Source: an uncultured Methanolobus sp.
Lineage (GTDB): Archaea > Halobacteriota > Methanosarcinia > Methanosarcinales > Methanosarcinaceae
DNA: 64,000 nucleotides
Reading direction: 5' to 3'
Assembly (NCBI GenBank): GCA_963675495.1
Contig: OY776215.1
Location: 160,001 to 224,000 of the forward strand
The position numbers were made by a program, and so were the translations under genes. Within the stretch, counting starts at the first letter, position 1. Each line of letters starts with the position of its first letter. The notes beneath the pieces were generated by a model, which was not told the DNA's origin, made no database searches, and saw only the letters and a list, made by a program, of their open reading frames with translations. Of the stretch, positions 29,960 through 40,450 are shown piece by piece.

Positions 29960-31052
29960 TAAAAATTATTTAGATAGTCCTCTTCTAAATGCGTTTTTTA
30001 TGCTTTACATCTACAAGAAAGTCACATACGTTTAGGGTGTTTTGTGCGCAACTCAAAGAGTGAGCTTTAAACTTAGTTTTATTAAATGTTGTGTTAATTA
30101 TTGACAATAACTTCTTTTTGAGACAAATTAACCAAGGAATAAATTCCCTACTATATGTACAGAGAGAACGTAAGCGTTCAATCTATGATTGTACGCTGGA
30201 GTTGGAACGGTAAGCACCCTCTTGGGTGTGAGGACGAAGGCAGCGACCCCTTCTTAGCCCTAAAACAGTTCGCTATAAGTGACTTTCATATTTTCCATCA
30301 CGTGAAAACCATCTACGCTTATATTATTTCTACTGGATTTTTAAGGCTAACTGATCAGTTTGAGACAAGTTCCTGACGTGTGCCACTTTCTTATTGTTTT
30401 ATCCCGCAGCTTTTTATTATTGAATCTACTTATCGTCCCTCGGTTTTATTGGTCAATGAAGATGCTTTTTCTACTGCACATGATTTACATATGATACTTA
30501 TAGAATACATGTATACGTTGAAGATACTTCAAGAGTGATTCTTTACTTAACTTGATAACATCTTTGCATTAAACTAAGTTTTTATAATGATATTTTTTTG
30601 GTTTGTGTTCTTTTCGAACTTATCCGGTGCTCGAACACAATTAATCTCGAGGATTTGCTCAGATGCCCACAGAGAGAAGATATTGTGGAATAGATGTGAG
30701 TCTACCATTTAGATGGAGTCGATTGAAATAGCTTTATTATTGAATATGTTTTACAATGTCTATTAATCTAAAGAAATTGTTAGCTTTTTTGCATCAACAC
30801 ACGTTTATACCTAAATTTTAAGAGTTGCTAATCTTAATAAGGAATGTAACTGTTATTTAGAATTGCAAGCTATATTGCAACTACAGTCACATGCTTTTAA
30901 CGTATGTGTTTTTTGAATTAATACCTTTAAGATATTTGATTTTGAAAAAGAAATGGACGATAAGGTTATGAATTGCCTATCAATCAAAAATCTGCATACC
31001 TTGAGTTCATAATAAAAGAAAATGTATTGTCTTGACGTATGGCATTTCTATT

Positions 31053-31260
31053 AATGTAGATACATTCTACGTACAAACTTTTTGCTTGTTGTTACAAATG
31101 TGTTAAGATTTAGTTGCAAATCAGTGGTAGATACCTTTAAATACTATTTAAAAAAGTACATTTACAATTAATTTATATGATGGTATGAATATCATTTTAG
31201 TGCTGTAAGAGCATAACCAACAATATCAATTAACAATCTCTAAAAATATAAAAGAAATTG
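31053..31260 (-). repeat. Copy 3 (inverted) of the ~225-bp non-coding repeat
   Basis: TTCTACGTACAAACTTTTTG...CTGTAAGAGCATAAC..ACAATATCAA is the reverse complement of copies 1 and 2. Confidence 0.9.
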
Positions 31261-31387
31261 GGCTCTGTAGAAACTCTCACTGTATAAAACATTATAGGTC
31301 CAAAAAATCGTAGCTTGTGATGCAAATGTTGAAACTTAATCTAATTTTCATATATATAAGTTGATTTGAGAGGTATTCTAGAGAGCC
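31261..31387. mobile_element. MITE (~127 bp)
   Basis: Terminal inverted repeats GGCTCTGTAGAA / TTCTAGAGAGCC. Confidence 0.7.
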
Positions 31388-31462
31388 GGATTTTTGCCTA
31401 ATCATATGGTATCATGGATTACCTGCTTTCTGGAATTTTCACTCACAACATTGTACGAAATA

Positions 31463-33829
31463 TCAGTAAATGCTCTTGTTTTTTATCTTGGACTTTCTGT
31501 TATTTTTTTCGGCACGTCTGTCTAAATATTTCTCAAAATGCTCAGGATAACCTGATTCAATTTCATTTTCAAATGACTTTTCCAGCAGATATCTATTATC
31601 TCCAAGAAACCATCTATGATATAATGGATCTTCATTAACCATTTGTACTATTTCTGAATTGGCTAATTGTTGATTAAGATGTGATTTTAATACCGATCTA
31701 TTTCCTTCTTTTTTAGGAAGAACGTCATCAAAGATACCATCTTCATAAAAATCAGGGTTCATGATTACATTATTTAATTCCCCAAAAAGCTCTTTTACAA
31801 AAGACATAGAAGGCCTCACAGCATCGTTAATAAAAAGTACCTTATTTTGCATTTGAGTTGAGAACATGTTTCTGATATATGCAAATTTACTATTATCCGA
31901 TTTTAGTTTCAAAATCATTGCAACAGGATCTTTGATATGACTGACTTTCAAAACCTCTAATTCTGAATTTATTTTTAATTCTGCTTTTGAATATACGGTG
32001 GTGTTTGACTCGGACTTATACTCTGCCAGGAAACTGAGCTTATAGCGAATCTCGTAAAACTGTTTTAACTTTATTTGTAAAAAAGTAGGTTCAATACTTT
32101 TGAACTCTGTGAAATCCATATTGTCATACCAATCCTTGAATAAAGTGTGCTCAAATTCACGAAAATTTTGGATAGTAAGATTTGGCTTATATGTTGACAT
32201 TATTTGACTATGGTCTGGGTATTTTGCGTGTTCCATACCAGCACATTGTACAATTCCCTTTTTTAATATCTTGGGATACACCAACAAATTAATAACTGCT
32301 ATATGGATAAGTTTCGTTAAAAAATCACTATTCTCTAATTTGTCTCTGTCGAGAATGGATAAATTGAAACAATCCCACTCCCCGTTCAGTAATTCATTTA
32401 ATGCTAAGGGGGATGTGTGTATAAGAGAGAGTACAGGAACAATTATTTTTTCATATTCGAATTTTTGATAATGCTCAGTTAGTATAGTATCAAAATTATT
32501 ATTTATAAATTCATTATTCAAGTTTTTTATACCAGAGTGTTTCAAAACTTCTTTTTCCATTATATTATAACAATTATCAATATTTCTTATCATAGATTCG
32601 AGATCATAATCTCTATTGTACTCCTCCATTAGTTTTTCAAGACTATCTGGAAGATTTGAGTACATTGCTTTAAGGTCCTCAAGTAACTTGGCTGAATAAT
32701 TTGGATTGTATTCATCTTTATTAATATCAATCTGACTCTTCCATTTATCTTCAAATTCATTCATCTCTGCACTGTAATTATCAGATAAATAATCGTTAGA
32801 TAGCCTTAGGAAACTCTCTATTTCTCTGAGTTTTTCCAGTATTTGTTCATTATAACTCAACACTGTTCTAAGCACCTTTGAGAACGAAATTGCATTATCA
32901 CCATAAAGCAAATAGTAGAAAGTATGAAAATTATCTTCTTTTATGCGGTTGATTTTTTCTATATTCGACATTCCATCACAAAATACTGGTAATTGCAGTT
33001 TCACATCTTCAAGTGGGGATCCAAACGATGGTGATACATATGAACGAGAATCATCAAATCGTTCAATTAATCTAACAGCTAAATTCTCATAATTTTGTAG
33101 TCCACTTTCGATAGAGTTAGTTGAATCATTAACCATTTCCAAAAATCCATTGCAAAATTCTGTCAAGTTATTAATGTGTGAACGTTCAGTTTTTTTTGCT
33201 TCTTCCTCAAACCTGTTAACCATTGATTCAATGATTTCAGTAACATCTTTTTTGCCTTCAGATATACCATAGTTTTTCTCATCCAGGTCTATCAGGCGTT
33301 GAGCACTTTTAAGGTCAAAATCCATGGGTGAAAAGAAACGAGTGATTGTCACTCCTTTTTCAGCCAATACTTCTCTTATGAGAGAATCATTAATGTTGTA
33401 AGTAAAATAGTAATTATCTAGAAGATCCATTGCTTCAGGATATGATAGAGATTTATCCAGATATATTTTTTTAAAACTGCCTTCGAGTATCAATTTGATA
33501 AGTATTCTAAAGGATTTTATTTTTGAACTTAATGAATATGGAGTAATATCCCCTCCCTTTAAATGTTCACCTGGTTCTTTTTCGAGTTTTTCCAAGATTC
33601 CCATGTCTGCAAACAATTCACATGCTTTGATTGCAGTAACTCTTGTCATTTCTTCGATGGTTCTTTCGATTTTTCCTGGATATGTTTTGAAGTGAGATAT
33701 TTCTTCTTTATTATTCCGTTTTTTGTTGCCAAGATATATTTCAATTTTTTTACTTTCTTCAATAATAAAATATTCAAGAATCCTCCACTGCTTCTCAGAA
33801 ATACGTTTTTTGGTATTTTTGTCACTCAC
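31463..33829 (-). CDS. Large hypothetical protein with a probable N-terminal winged-helix domain
   Basis: Long AT-rich ORF; ISEKQWRILEY...MTRVTAIKACELFADMGIL HTH-like segment; GTG 33829 follows GAGGGA. Confidence 0.7.
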   Translation of the reverse strand: MSDKNTKKRISEKQWRILEYFIIEESKKIEIYLGNKKRNNKEEISHFKTYPGKIERTIEEMTRVTAIKACELFADMGILEKLEKEPGEHLKGGDITPYSLSSKIKSFRILIKLILEGSFKKIYLDKSLSYPEAMDLLDNYYFTYNINDSLIREVLAEKGVTITRFFSPMDFDLKSAQRLIDLDEKNYGISEGKKDVTEIIESMVNRFEEEAKKTERSHINNLTEFCNGFLEMVNDSTNSIESGLQNYENLAVRLIERFDDSRSYVSPSFGSPLEDVKLQLPVFCDGMSNIEKINRIKEDNFHTFYYLLYGDNAISFSKVLRTVLSYNEQILEKLREIESFLRLSNDYLSDNYSAEMNEFEDKWKSQIDINKDEYNPNYSAKLLEDLKAMYSNLPDSLEKLMEEYNRDYDLESMIRNIDNCYNIMEKEVLKHSGIKNLNNEFINNNFDTILTEHYQKFEYEKIIVPVLSLIHTSPLALNELLNGEWDCFNLSILDRDKLENSDFLTKLIHIAVINLLVYPKILKKGIVQCAGMEHAKYPDHSQIMSTYKPNLTIQNFREFEHTLFKDWYDNMDFTEFKSIEPTFLQIKLKQFYEIRYKLSFLAEYKSESNTTVYSKAELKINSELEVLKVSHIKDPVAMILKLKSDNSKFAYIRNMFSTQMQNKVLFINDAVRPSMSFVKELFGELNNVIMNPDFYEDGIFDDVLPKKEGNRSVLKSHLNQQLANSEIVQMVNEDPLYHRWFLGDNRYLLEKSFENEIESGYPEHFEKYLDRRAEKNNRKSKIKNKSIY

Positions 33830-33969
33830 TATACATCCCTCTTTTAATGAAACTAATTGTAAAGCTTTTTTTAAAATCATTTACAAATACAATTCTCTAA
33901 GTGTTTACTTCTTTGAAAACTATTTATATATTTCTAGGAAATTAGAACTATCAACTAAAGGAGGTTAGA

Positions 33970-34080
33970 ATGATGGATAAAAAATCAGATTGTGACAACC
34001 ATGCAAACCAGTGTAATCCGAACAATGACGCGTACTGGCAGAGCCGTGGTGAAGATGCAAAACCAGATGACAGTGAATAA
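33970..34080 (+). CDS. 36-aa microprotein MMDKKSDCDNHANQCNPNNDAYWQSRGEDAKPDDSE
   Basis: Strong GGAGGT RBS; more GC-rich than its flanks; below the ORF-track cutoff. Confidence 0.7.
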   Translation: MMDKKSDCDNHANQCNPNNDAYWQSRGEDAKPDDSE

Positions 34081-34143
34081 AAGTGTAAGTAATAATTGTA
34101 GAACAAAGGAAAACGTTGTTGAACATAGATTAGGAGGAATATA

Positions 34144-34266
34144 ATGTCAGGTAAATCAATGGATTCTAAAGCAGCATCAAGGATACAGTCAAGCTCAGAC
34201 AAGTCAGGATCAAATCAGGGTTTCAAGGCCCGTGCAATGTCTGCAGCATCCAAAAACAAAAAATGA
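34144..34266 (+). CDS. 40-aa basic microprotein MSGKSMDSKAASRIQSSSDKSGSNQGFKARAMSAASKNKK (SMP/LEA-like motif)
   Basis: AGGAGGA RBS; AASRIQS...FKARAMSAA pattern resembles the seed-maturation-protein repeat. Confidence 0.7.
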   Translation: MSGKSMDSKAASRIQSSSDKSGSNQGFKARAMSAASKNKK

Positions 34267-34312
34267 AGTTACCCCAGCTTCATTTCACTTTCTTTTATCA
34301 GGAGATATTACA

Positions 34313-35049
34313 ATGATAAGCGACATTAAAAATGAAAACTTGAAACAAAATGCTTTGGCAGTATTGATTGATGGCGACAACACTTCATACAGGTGTTTGA
34401 AGCAAATATTCAACGAGGTTGCAAAGTATGGTACAGCAACTATCCGCAAAGCTTATGGTGACTAGACATCCCAGGAACTGGCTCCATGGAGAGAGGTGCT
34501 TCAAGAATATGCAGTGCACCCAAGTCAGCAGTTCAGAAATGTAGGCAGTAAGAACTGTACCGACAGTTCACTTATCATAGAAGCCATGGACATTCTCTAC
34601 AACGAAAAGATCGATGGTATTGTAATAGTCTCCAGTGACAGTGATTACACACGCCTTTCTATGCGTTTTAGAGAAGAAGGTTATTTGTTCTGGGTATTGG
34701 TCGCAAACAGACTCCCAGGCCATTTGTAACGGCCTGCAGAAATTTTGTTTACGTTGAAAACCTCATAGACAAGAATGTAGAAAAGGATGATATATCAGAC
34801 AAAATTGAAGCAAAAAAGAAACAAGTATCTAAAACTCGAAAGATACTGGAAAATGCATATGAAAAACTCTCTGAAGGAAATGAATTGATACTGTTGTCAA
34901 AAGTCAGCAATATGCTGAGAAATCTAAATCCTGACTTTGATCCCCGTAATTATGGTTATTCCCAGCTTAACAAACTGGTTGAGGATGCAGGTGGATTTGA
35001 ATTGGTAAAAAAGAAGAATCATTTATACATGCGAAAATCGAGTTCCTGA
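34313..35049 (+). pseudogene. NYN-domain RNase with a C-terminal OST-HTH/LOTUS domain, disrupted
   Basis: LIDGDN, YGD*, KNCTD, SSDSDY and FDPRNYG motifs; TAG at 34463 replaces the conserved Trp; 1-bp deletion near 34681. Confidence 0.85.
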
Positions 35050-35171
35050 TCGGTTCGCTTCTGATCAGTACTATACATGAGATTGATATAATCTCTATTT
35101 TCTTTTAATTTTAAATCTTCAGGAAAGAGTAAAAGCACAAGAAAATAAGCAGTTTAACTGTCAAACTTAGA

Positions 35172-35306
35172 TTATAAATAATAACATGTATCTTCAGTCT
35201 GCTGGATAACGGAACCTGATGTAAAACATATATCAATATTCTTTATCTCTTTCACCACAGTTGATTTTTCAATCTCTCTTACTCTCGTAAAACAGATTAT
35301 TCTCAT
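35172..35306 (-). pseudogene. Decayed P-loop nucleotide-kinase 5' fragment
   Basis: MRIICFTRVREIEKSTVVKEI: three single G>A changes separate it from GVRGIGKST. Confidence 0.5.
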
Positions 35307-35366
35307 GTTTTCATAACATTGGTATTCTAATCGGTATGCAATGTTTGCCAAAAAGAAAGGGCCGGT

Positions 35367-36266
35367 TCAATTCCAGTCATAGTTACCTCCCCTTTTGTGA
35401 TACTGATCAGCATCCACCAAATCAGTAAGTTCCATGTATTCCAATGATTCAAAAGGAATTGAAGAACGCTGCTTGTCATTGCTCAAAATAATATCCCCGT
35501 CTGGACCAATTATCAAATAGGAGTTCAGCATATCATTTGCTGATTCAAATGTAGGTGTTTCACCATTGCTGAGCACCATTCTTCCATTTATGTTCATGAA
35601 TGTGTCAAATTCTTCCTCAGTGAGGAGCAGATCAAGTGCATCATCATTCTGTCCCTTCATGTGAAGTACCTGGAATACCTTCCATCTCTCAGGATGTAGT
35701 GATAATATGAAATGTGTCATATCTTCGGAATAATTCAGTTTGGTAACTGTAGTATTTATCTTCAGCTTCATACCATATTTCCGTACAAATTCAGAAACTT
35801 TGCGTACGTGTTCAACATGGTTTCCATCTCCTCTTCCTAGTTGTTTTTGAATTTCCTCATCAGAAGAGTCAATTGATATACCAACCCAATCCACATAACG
35901 GCTCATTTCCTTGAGCTTATGTTCATTGAGCAAAGTTGCGTTTGTAACAATACTGACAGTGAATCCTATATCTTTTGCCATCTTTAAAAGATAGCTTAAA
36001 TCCTTGTATAGTAGAGGTTCTCCACCTGCAAAATTAATCTTCGTGATACCTTTGGACTTCAATGTCTCAAGCTTATGCTTAGCATTTTTAAGGTCTTTGA
36101 ATTCCCCACTCATATTTTTGTAGAAGCAGAACCTGCATTTATAATTACAATTCATGGTAACATGCCAGTTAACAGATTTTATCTCTGCATTTGTTATCGA
36201 ATCGAAATCAGAAATAGTATCTTTAAAATCCACTCTGGTAGGTATATCTACTAATGAACCACTCAT
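35367..36266 (-). CDS. Prokaryotic viperin (antiviral radical SAM ddhNTP synthase)
   Basis: SVNWHVTMNCNYKCRFCF, KINFAGGEP, GRG, KINT, RWKVFQ, SYLI and RGGNYDW are all viperin hallmarks. Confidence 0.95.
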   Translation of the reverse strand: MSGSLVDIPTRVDFKDTISDFDSITNAEIKSVNWHVTMNCNYKCRFCFYKNMSGEFKDLKNAKHKLETLKSKGITKINFAGGEPLLYKDLSYLLKMAKDIGFTVSIVTNATLLNEHKLKEMSRYVDWVGISIDSSDEEIQKQLGRGDGNHVEHVRKVSEFVRKYGMKLKINTTVTKLNYSEDMTHFILSLHPERWKVFQVLHMKGQNDDALDLLLTEEEFDTFMNINGRMVLSNGETPTFESANDMLNSYLIIGPDGDIILSNDKQRSSIPFESLEYMELTDLVDADQYHKRGGNYDWN

Positions 36267-36658
36267 TTACTCACTTCTTATGTTAAATTATAATAAAAAT
36301 ATATTTTTAAATTGTTTTTTATATATAAATACATTTTTATTAGAAAGTAACTTGTAATAGATAGTATTCACACATCCAAAAATGAAGTGAGAAGAGAGTA
36401 CCTCAAATTTCTGAGCCAAAACAAGACTAGTATTATTAGAGAAACATAGTATATGTTAGAAGAATTATGGCTGAGAATATGGCCTGTCCAATATGTGGAA
36501 CAAAGAAGGTGTTAGCGAAAATCGATGTTCCTCACCATTAGGAAGAAGAGTTAAAAAAGAAGATCTTAAGATGGCATTTCCTGACTTCCATCGAGCAACT
36601 CAACTCATCATATACATAGTGTTTTTTCAAAATATGCTTTCAATATCATGTTTTGAAA

Positions 36659-37708
36659 TTATTTCAATCCCCAATGACCGTTTCCAACCATGTAAAATAT
36701 GTCAAGATTGCCAGCCTTATAAGAACCTGTACCACTTGAATGCAATGCAATAGTCTTTCTGACACTATTTTTCCAGGAAGGTGTTAGATTCATATTATCT
36801 CTTTTTTCAATCTCATTGAATATATCTTCATTTTTTGCATCTCCACCTAACGTATCAAGTACACTGATTATTTCTTCAAGCCATGTATGTTTCGAAGATA
36901 ATTTTCTTGTATCAATAATAGGTGAAACAGGTTTTGTTGATACAACTGAAACAGGCTTTATAGAACTATCTTTTTCTTTATTTGTTAATGTTTCAATGAC
37001 AAGTTCAAGTGCAAATTTTTCACCTTGAGAGAGACTTGCATCTCTTGCATGTTTGAAAACAATCGTATTATATTGGTACGCTCTGTCATCTGAACTGATT
37101 AGAAGAGGTTGTTTACATCTTAATTGATAGTCAAGTATGCTTTTTAATGATGGTGATCTGTTTTTTGTATCAAGCGATAATCTGAAATTTTGGGTGAAAT
37201 AACGAGTTGCAAACATCCCCATCAAAATGATACATTTGGGTTTCATTGTATTGATGATCTCATCAAAATACATCTCAGCACATTTTAGGTCAGGTGCATT
37301 ATCTCTTCCACCAGCACCTTTTCCTGGATAACAATTTGCAGTATGCAACCAAAATACGCTTTTTTGCCACTTTTTCATTGCCTCACTTGGTTCGTCCTCA
37401 GGATATACCTTTGGAAATAAGAGATCTTTGAAAAAGGAGTTATTCATAGAACTCAATTCGTTGTCTGCCCATGCTTGTTTGGAAGGTGCTTGCGATATGA
37501 ATAAAATATCTTGTCCTCTCCAATCATCAACTAATGGTTTACCTTTTTTCAGTTCATCTGCACTGATTACTCGATTACCTTTTGTTCTCAAAGGATTCGT
37601 ATACTCATGAGTGTAACAAGCTAAGTTACAGTTACGTATTTTATTAACAATCTCTGTCATTGCTTTATCTTTTTCATTTTCATGAGTATCAAATGGCAAA
37701 TCAAACAC
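36659..37708 (-). CDS. Uracil-DNA-glycosylase-superfamily protein with a C-terminal winged-helix domain
   Basis: ILFISQAPS and NCYPGK...P...C motifs; C-terminal LGG...IFNEI...WKNSVR...GHWGL wHTH. Confidence 0.7.
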   Translation of the reverse strand: MFDLPFDTHENEKDKAMTEIVNKIRNCNLACYTHEYTNPLRTKGNRVISADELKKGKPLVDDWRGQDILFISQAPSKQAWADNELSSMNNSFFKDLLFPKVYPEDEPSEAMKKWQKSVFWLHTANCYPGKGAGGRDNAPDLKCAEMYFDEIINTMKPKCIILMGMFATRYFTQNFRLSLDTKNRSPSLKSILDYQLRCKQPLLISSDDRAYQYNTIVFKHARDASLSQGEKFALELVIETLTNKEKDSSIKPVSVVSTKPVSPIIDTRKLSSKHTWLEEIISVLDTLGGDAKNEDIFNEIEKRDNMNLTPSWKNSVRKTIALHSSGTGSYKAGNLDIFYMVGNGHWGLK

Positions 37709-37884
37709 CTACTTAATGTAAATAAAAAGGATATGTTATAATCAAATAACGAATGATATATTATTCAAGCTTCTTCTTAAAAATTTCGATTCATATATAA
37801 TGTTTAAAGTACCTATTTTATAGAGTCGATAATAATACTAATATTAGTAATTATTATCTCACTAATTTCAGCGTAGGTGTCAGA

Positions 37885-40446
37885 ATGCAAGAATCTATCA
37901 ACCTTATCCAATCACAAGCTACTAAATTAAAAAAACTGGAAGAAAATGAAAATTATCTTTTCGAACAATTAAACACCCTCGACGCTGATACTATAAGCAA
38001 GCTAATCAGTAATTTTGAGATTGAATACTTCCAGCCAGTTAACCTCTTACGTTTTGAAATCTTGCAGCACATAAAAGATAAAAAGATAGTGACACCTGAA
38101 TTAGTTGAAGAGATTAAGGATAAGATAGTAGCAAAAGATAGTGGTTACTTTTCAAAATACGGTGAAGCATTAGTAAACGGATTGTTGAATTATCCTGTAA
38201 AAAAGAAGACACCATTTGTGAACTGGAAGAAATATTATAGTATTTGTTTCCCATTTTTCTATCTTCCTAAAGACAAAATAGAATCTGACAATGGTCTCGA
38301 GAAAATTACAAATTATCTCATTAATACATTGGAATTGAAACAATACAAAACTCATATAGTCGGATTTGAAGGAGCTCAGAATTATGGCGCTTCATTTTGC
38401 TGGATTGCTTTGTTTCCAAATAAAAGGGTATCTCACAAGAAAGCATACCAGTTGTTTTTACGTATAAATAATCTGACAATTGATGCTGGTGTTTTTCCTG
38501 GATCGGATATAAATGACCCCTCTTCGAATACAGTTGATGAGTTTAATACTGTAGAGGAAGTGCTTGATAAGCTGCAAAATTCCAGAGAAATGGCTCAAAG
38601 TAAAAATGATTCACTAATTGATTATTGGAAATTTGCGCCAGGAGAAAATGGTAGTCGCTGGGAAGAATTTTATGAGTTAGGTATAATGGCAATTGGTTGG
38701 GATAATTTAGATGACCTCACTAATTACGCAACTGAAGAACTTGCTGATTCCTTAAATGTTGAGAATTCTTCCACCTCAAATCAAATATGGAATATTGAAA
38801 ATTTCAGAGATACTAGTATTGGTGATATAGTTGTAGCAAACAAGGGAAGAAGTAAGTGTTTAGGAATTGGTGTCATAGAGGGAGAATATATTTTTGATAA
38901 CAAAAGAACTGAATACAAGCATATTAGAAAAGTGAATTGGGTCATAAATGAGCTTGTAGATTTTGATAAAACAATTTTTAGGCCAGATACATTTTCTCCC
39001 ACTCTCAAATGGGAGACTATTAAAGGGAAATATATTAGTGTAAATCCTTCTTATGAAGATGTTTTCAACAACATAGAAGCAGGAAAAGTTGTTTTACCTC
39101 CTGCAAAGGTGTTGCCAAATGATTCAGGAACACAGAATTATTGGTGGCTGAATGCAAATCCAAAAATTTGGAAGATTGACAGTTTTGAGTTAGGTGACAT
39201 TCAGTCTTATACATCACATAACAACAAAGGCAACAAAAGAAGGGTGTACAAGTATTTTGAAGAAGTAATGCCTGGAGATCTAGTAATTGGATATGAAAGT
39301 TCCCCGATAAAGGAGATTAAAGGAATATTTGAGATTACAGAAAAACTACATTATGATGATATTGAAGGCGAAATAATCAGCTTTGAGATAAAGGAACTGG
39401 TTAAAGATATCATTAGTTGGGATGACCTAAAAGAAACTAAAGGTTTAGAAGAATGTGAAGTCATTAAGAACAATCAAGGTAGCTTATTCAAGTTAACAGC
39501 TGAAGAATTTGAAATAATAAGAGATCTGATTGACGAACGGAACATCAATAATGAAAAAGAAAAAGAACTATTGGACATAAAAGAATATTCCTTTTTTTCA
39601 GATGCAGATAAACCATTTATTGAAGAAGCTGAACTTAACGACATATTAGATTCTCTCGAAATCAAAAAGAACATTGTACTACAAGGTCCTCCTGGTGTCG
39701 GAAAAACTTTTGTTGCGAAAAAAATAGCTTATGAAATTATGAAAAAGACCGATGATACAAAAATTGAAATTGTCCAGTTCCATCAGTCATATTCATACGA
39801 AGATTTTATACAAGGCATCAGGCCATCAGAAAATACCTTTAAGGTTAAAAATGGTGTTTTTCATAATTTCTGCAAGAAAGCAGAACAAGACCCCGAAAAT
39901 AAGTATTTCTTCATAATTGATGAGATCAACAGAGGAAATCTCAGTAAAATTTTCGGAGAACTAATGATGCTGATAGAAACTGATAAGAGGGGCAAATCTA
40001 AAGTTCACCTGACTTATTCTGAAAAAGATGATGCTCCATTCTCTGTTCCAGAAAACCTTTATTTGATTGGTACGATGAACACCGCTGACCGTTCGCTGGC
40101 TATTGTTGATTATGCTTTGAGGAGAAGATTTAGGTTCATCCCATTAAAACCAAAGTTCAATAATAAATTTATTGATTTGCTAATTTCACAAGGTTTCTCA
40201 AAAGATTTTGTACTTGCTGTTATAACAAAAATCAATTCATTGAATGATAAAATCCAATCTGATCGAAACCTTGGAGAAGGATTTCAAATTGGTCATAGCT
40301 TTTTCTGTACCAATAATGTGAATAAGCCTGAAAGAGAGTGGTTTGAAGATATTGTGAAATATGAAATTGCACCACTTTTGGAAGAATACTGGTTTGATGA
40401 CATTGAAAAATCGAAAGCTGAAGTAAGACTGTTATTGTCTGAGTAA
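37885..40446 (+). CDS. mcrB: McrB-family AAA+ GTPase with EVE/PUA-like reader domains
   Basis: GPPGVGKT, QFHQSYSYEDF, IDEINRG and MNTADRS motifs; YWKFAPG and YWWLNANP domains. Confidence 0.92.
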   Translation: MQESINLIQSQATKLKKLEENENYLFEQLNTLDADTISKLISNFEIEYFQPVNLLRFEILQHIKDKKIVTPELVEEIKDKIVAKDSGYFSKYGEALVNGLLNYPVKKKTPFVNWKKYYSICFPFFYLPKDKIESDNGLEKITNYLINTLELKQYKTHIVGFEGAQNYGASFCWIALFPNKRVSHKKAYQLFLRINNLTIDAGVFPGSDINDPSSNTVDEFNTVEEVLDKLQNSREMAQSKNDSLIDYWKFAPGENGSRWEEFYELGIMAIGWDNLDDLTNYATEELADSLNVENSSTSNQIWNIENFRDTSIGDIVVANKGRSKCLGIGVIEGEYIFDNKRTEYKHIRKVNWVINELVDFDKTIFRPDTFSPTLKWETIKGKYISVNPSYEDVFNNIEAGKVVLPPAKVLPNDSGTQNYWWLNANPKIWKIDSFELGDIQSYTSHNNKGNKRRVYKYFEEVMPGDLVIGYESSPIKEIKGIFEITEKLHYDDIEGEIISFEIKELVKDIISWDDLKETKGLEECEVIKNNQGSLFKLTAEEFEIIRDLIDERNINNEKEKELLDIKEYSFFSDADKPFIEEAELNDILDSLEIKKNIVLQGPPGVGKTFVAKKIAYEIMKKTDDTKIEIVQFHQSYSYEDFIQGIRPSENTFKVKNGVFHNFCKKAEQDPENKYFFIIDEINRGNLSKIFGELMMLIETDKRGKSKVHLTYSEKDDAPFSVPENLYLIGTMNTADRSLAIVDYALRRRFRFIPLKPKFNNKFIDLLISQGFSKDFVLAVITKINSLNDKIQSDRNLGEGFQIGHSFFCTNNVNKPEREWFEDIVKYEIAPLLEEYWFDDIEKSKAEVRLLLSE

Positions 40447-40450
40447 ATCC

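Noticed and set aside
36467-36620. Short MAENMACPICG ORF with an in-frame TAG, possible Zn-ribbon or pyrrolysine readthrough
   Set aside because: Only one CxxC, no second ligand pair and no clear RBS; probably debris.
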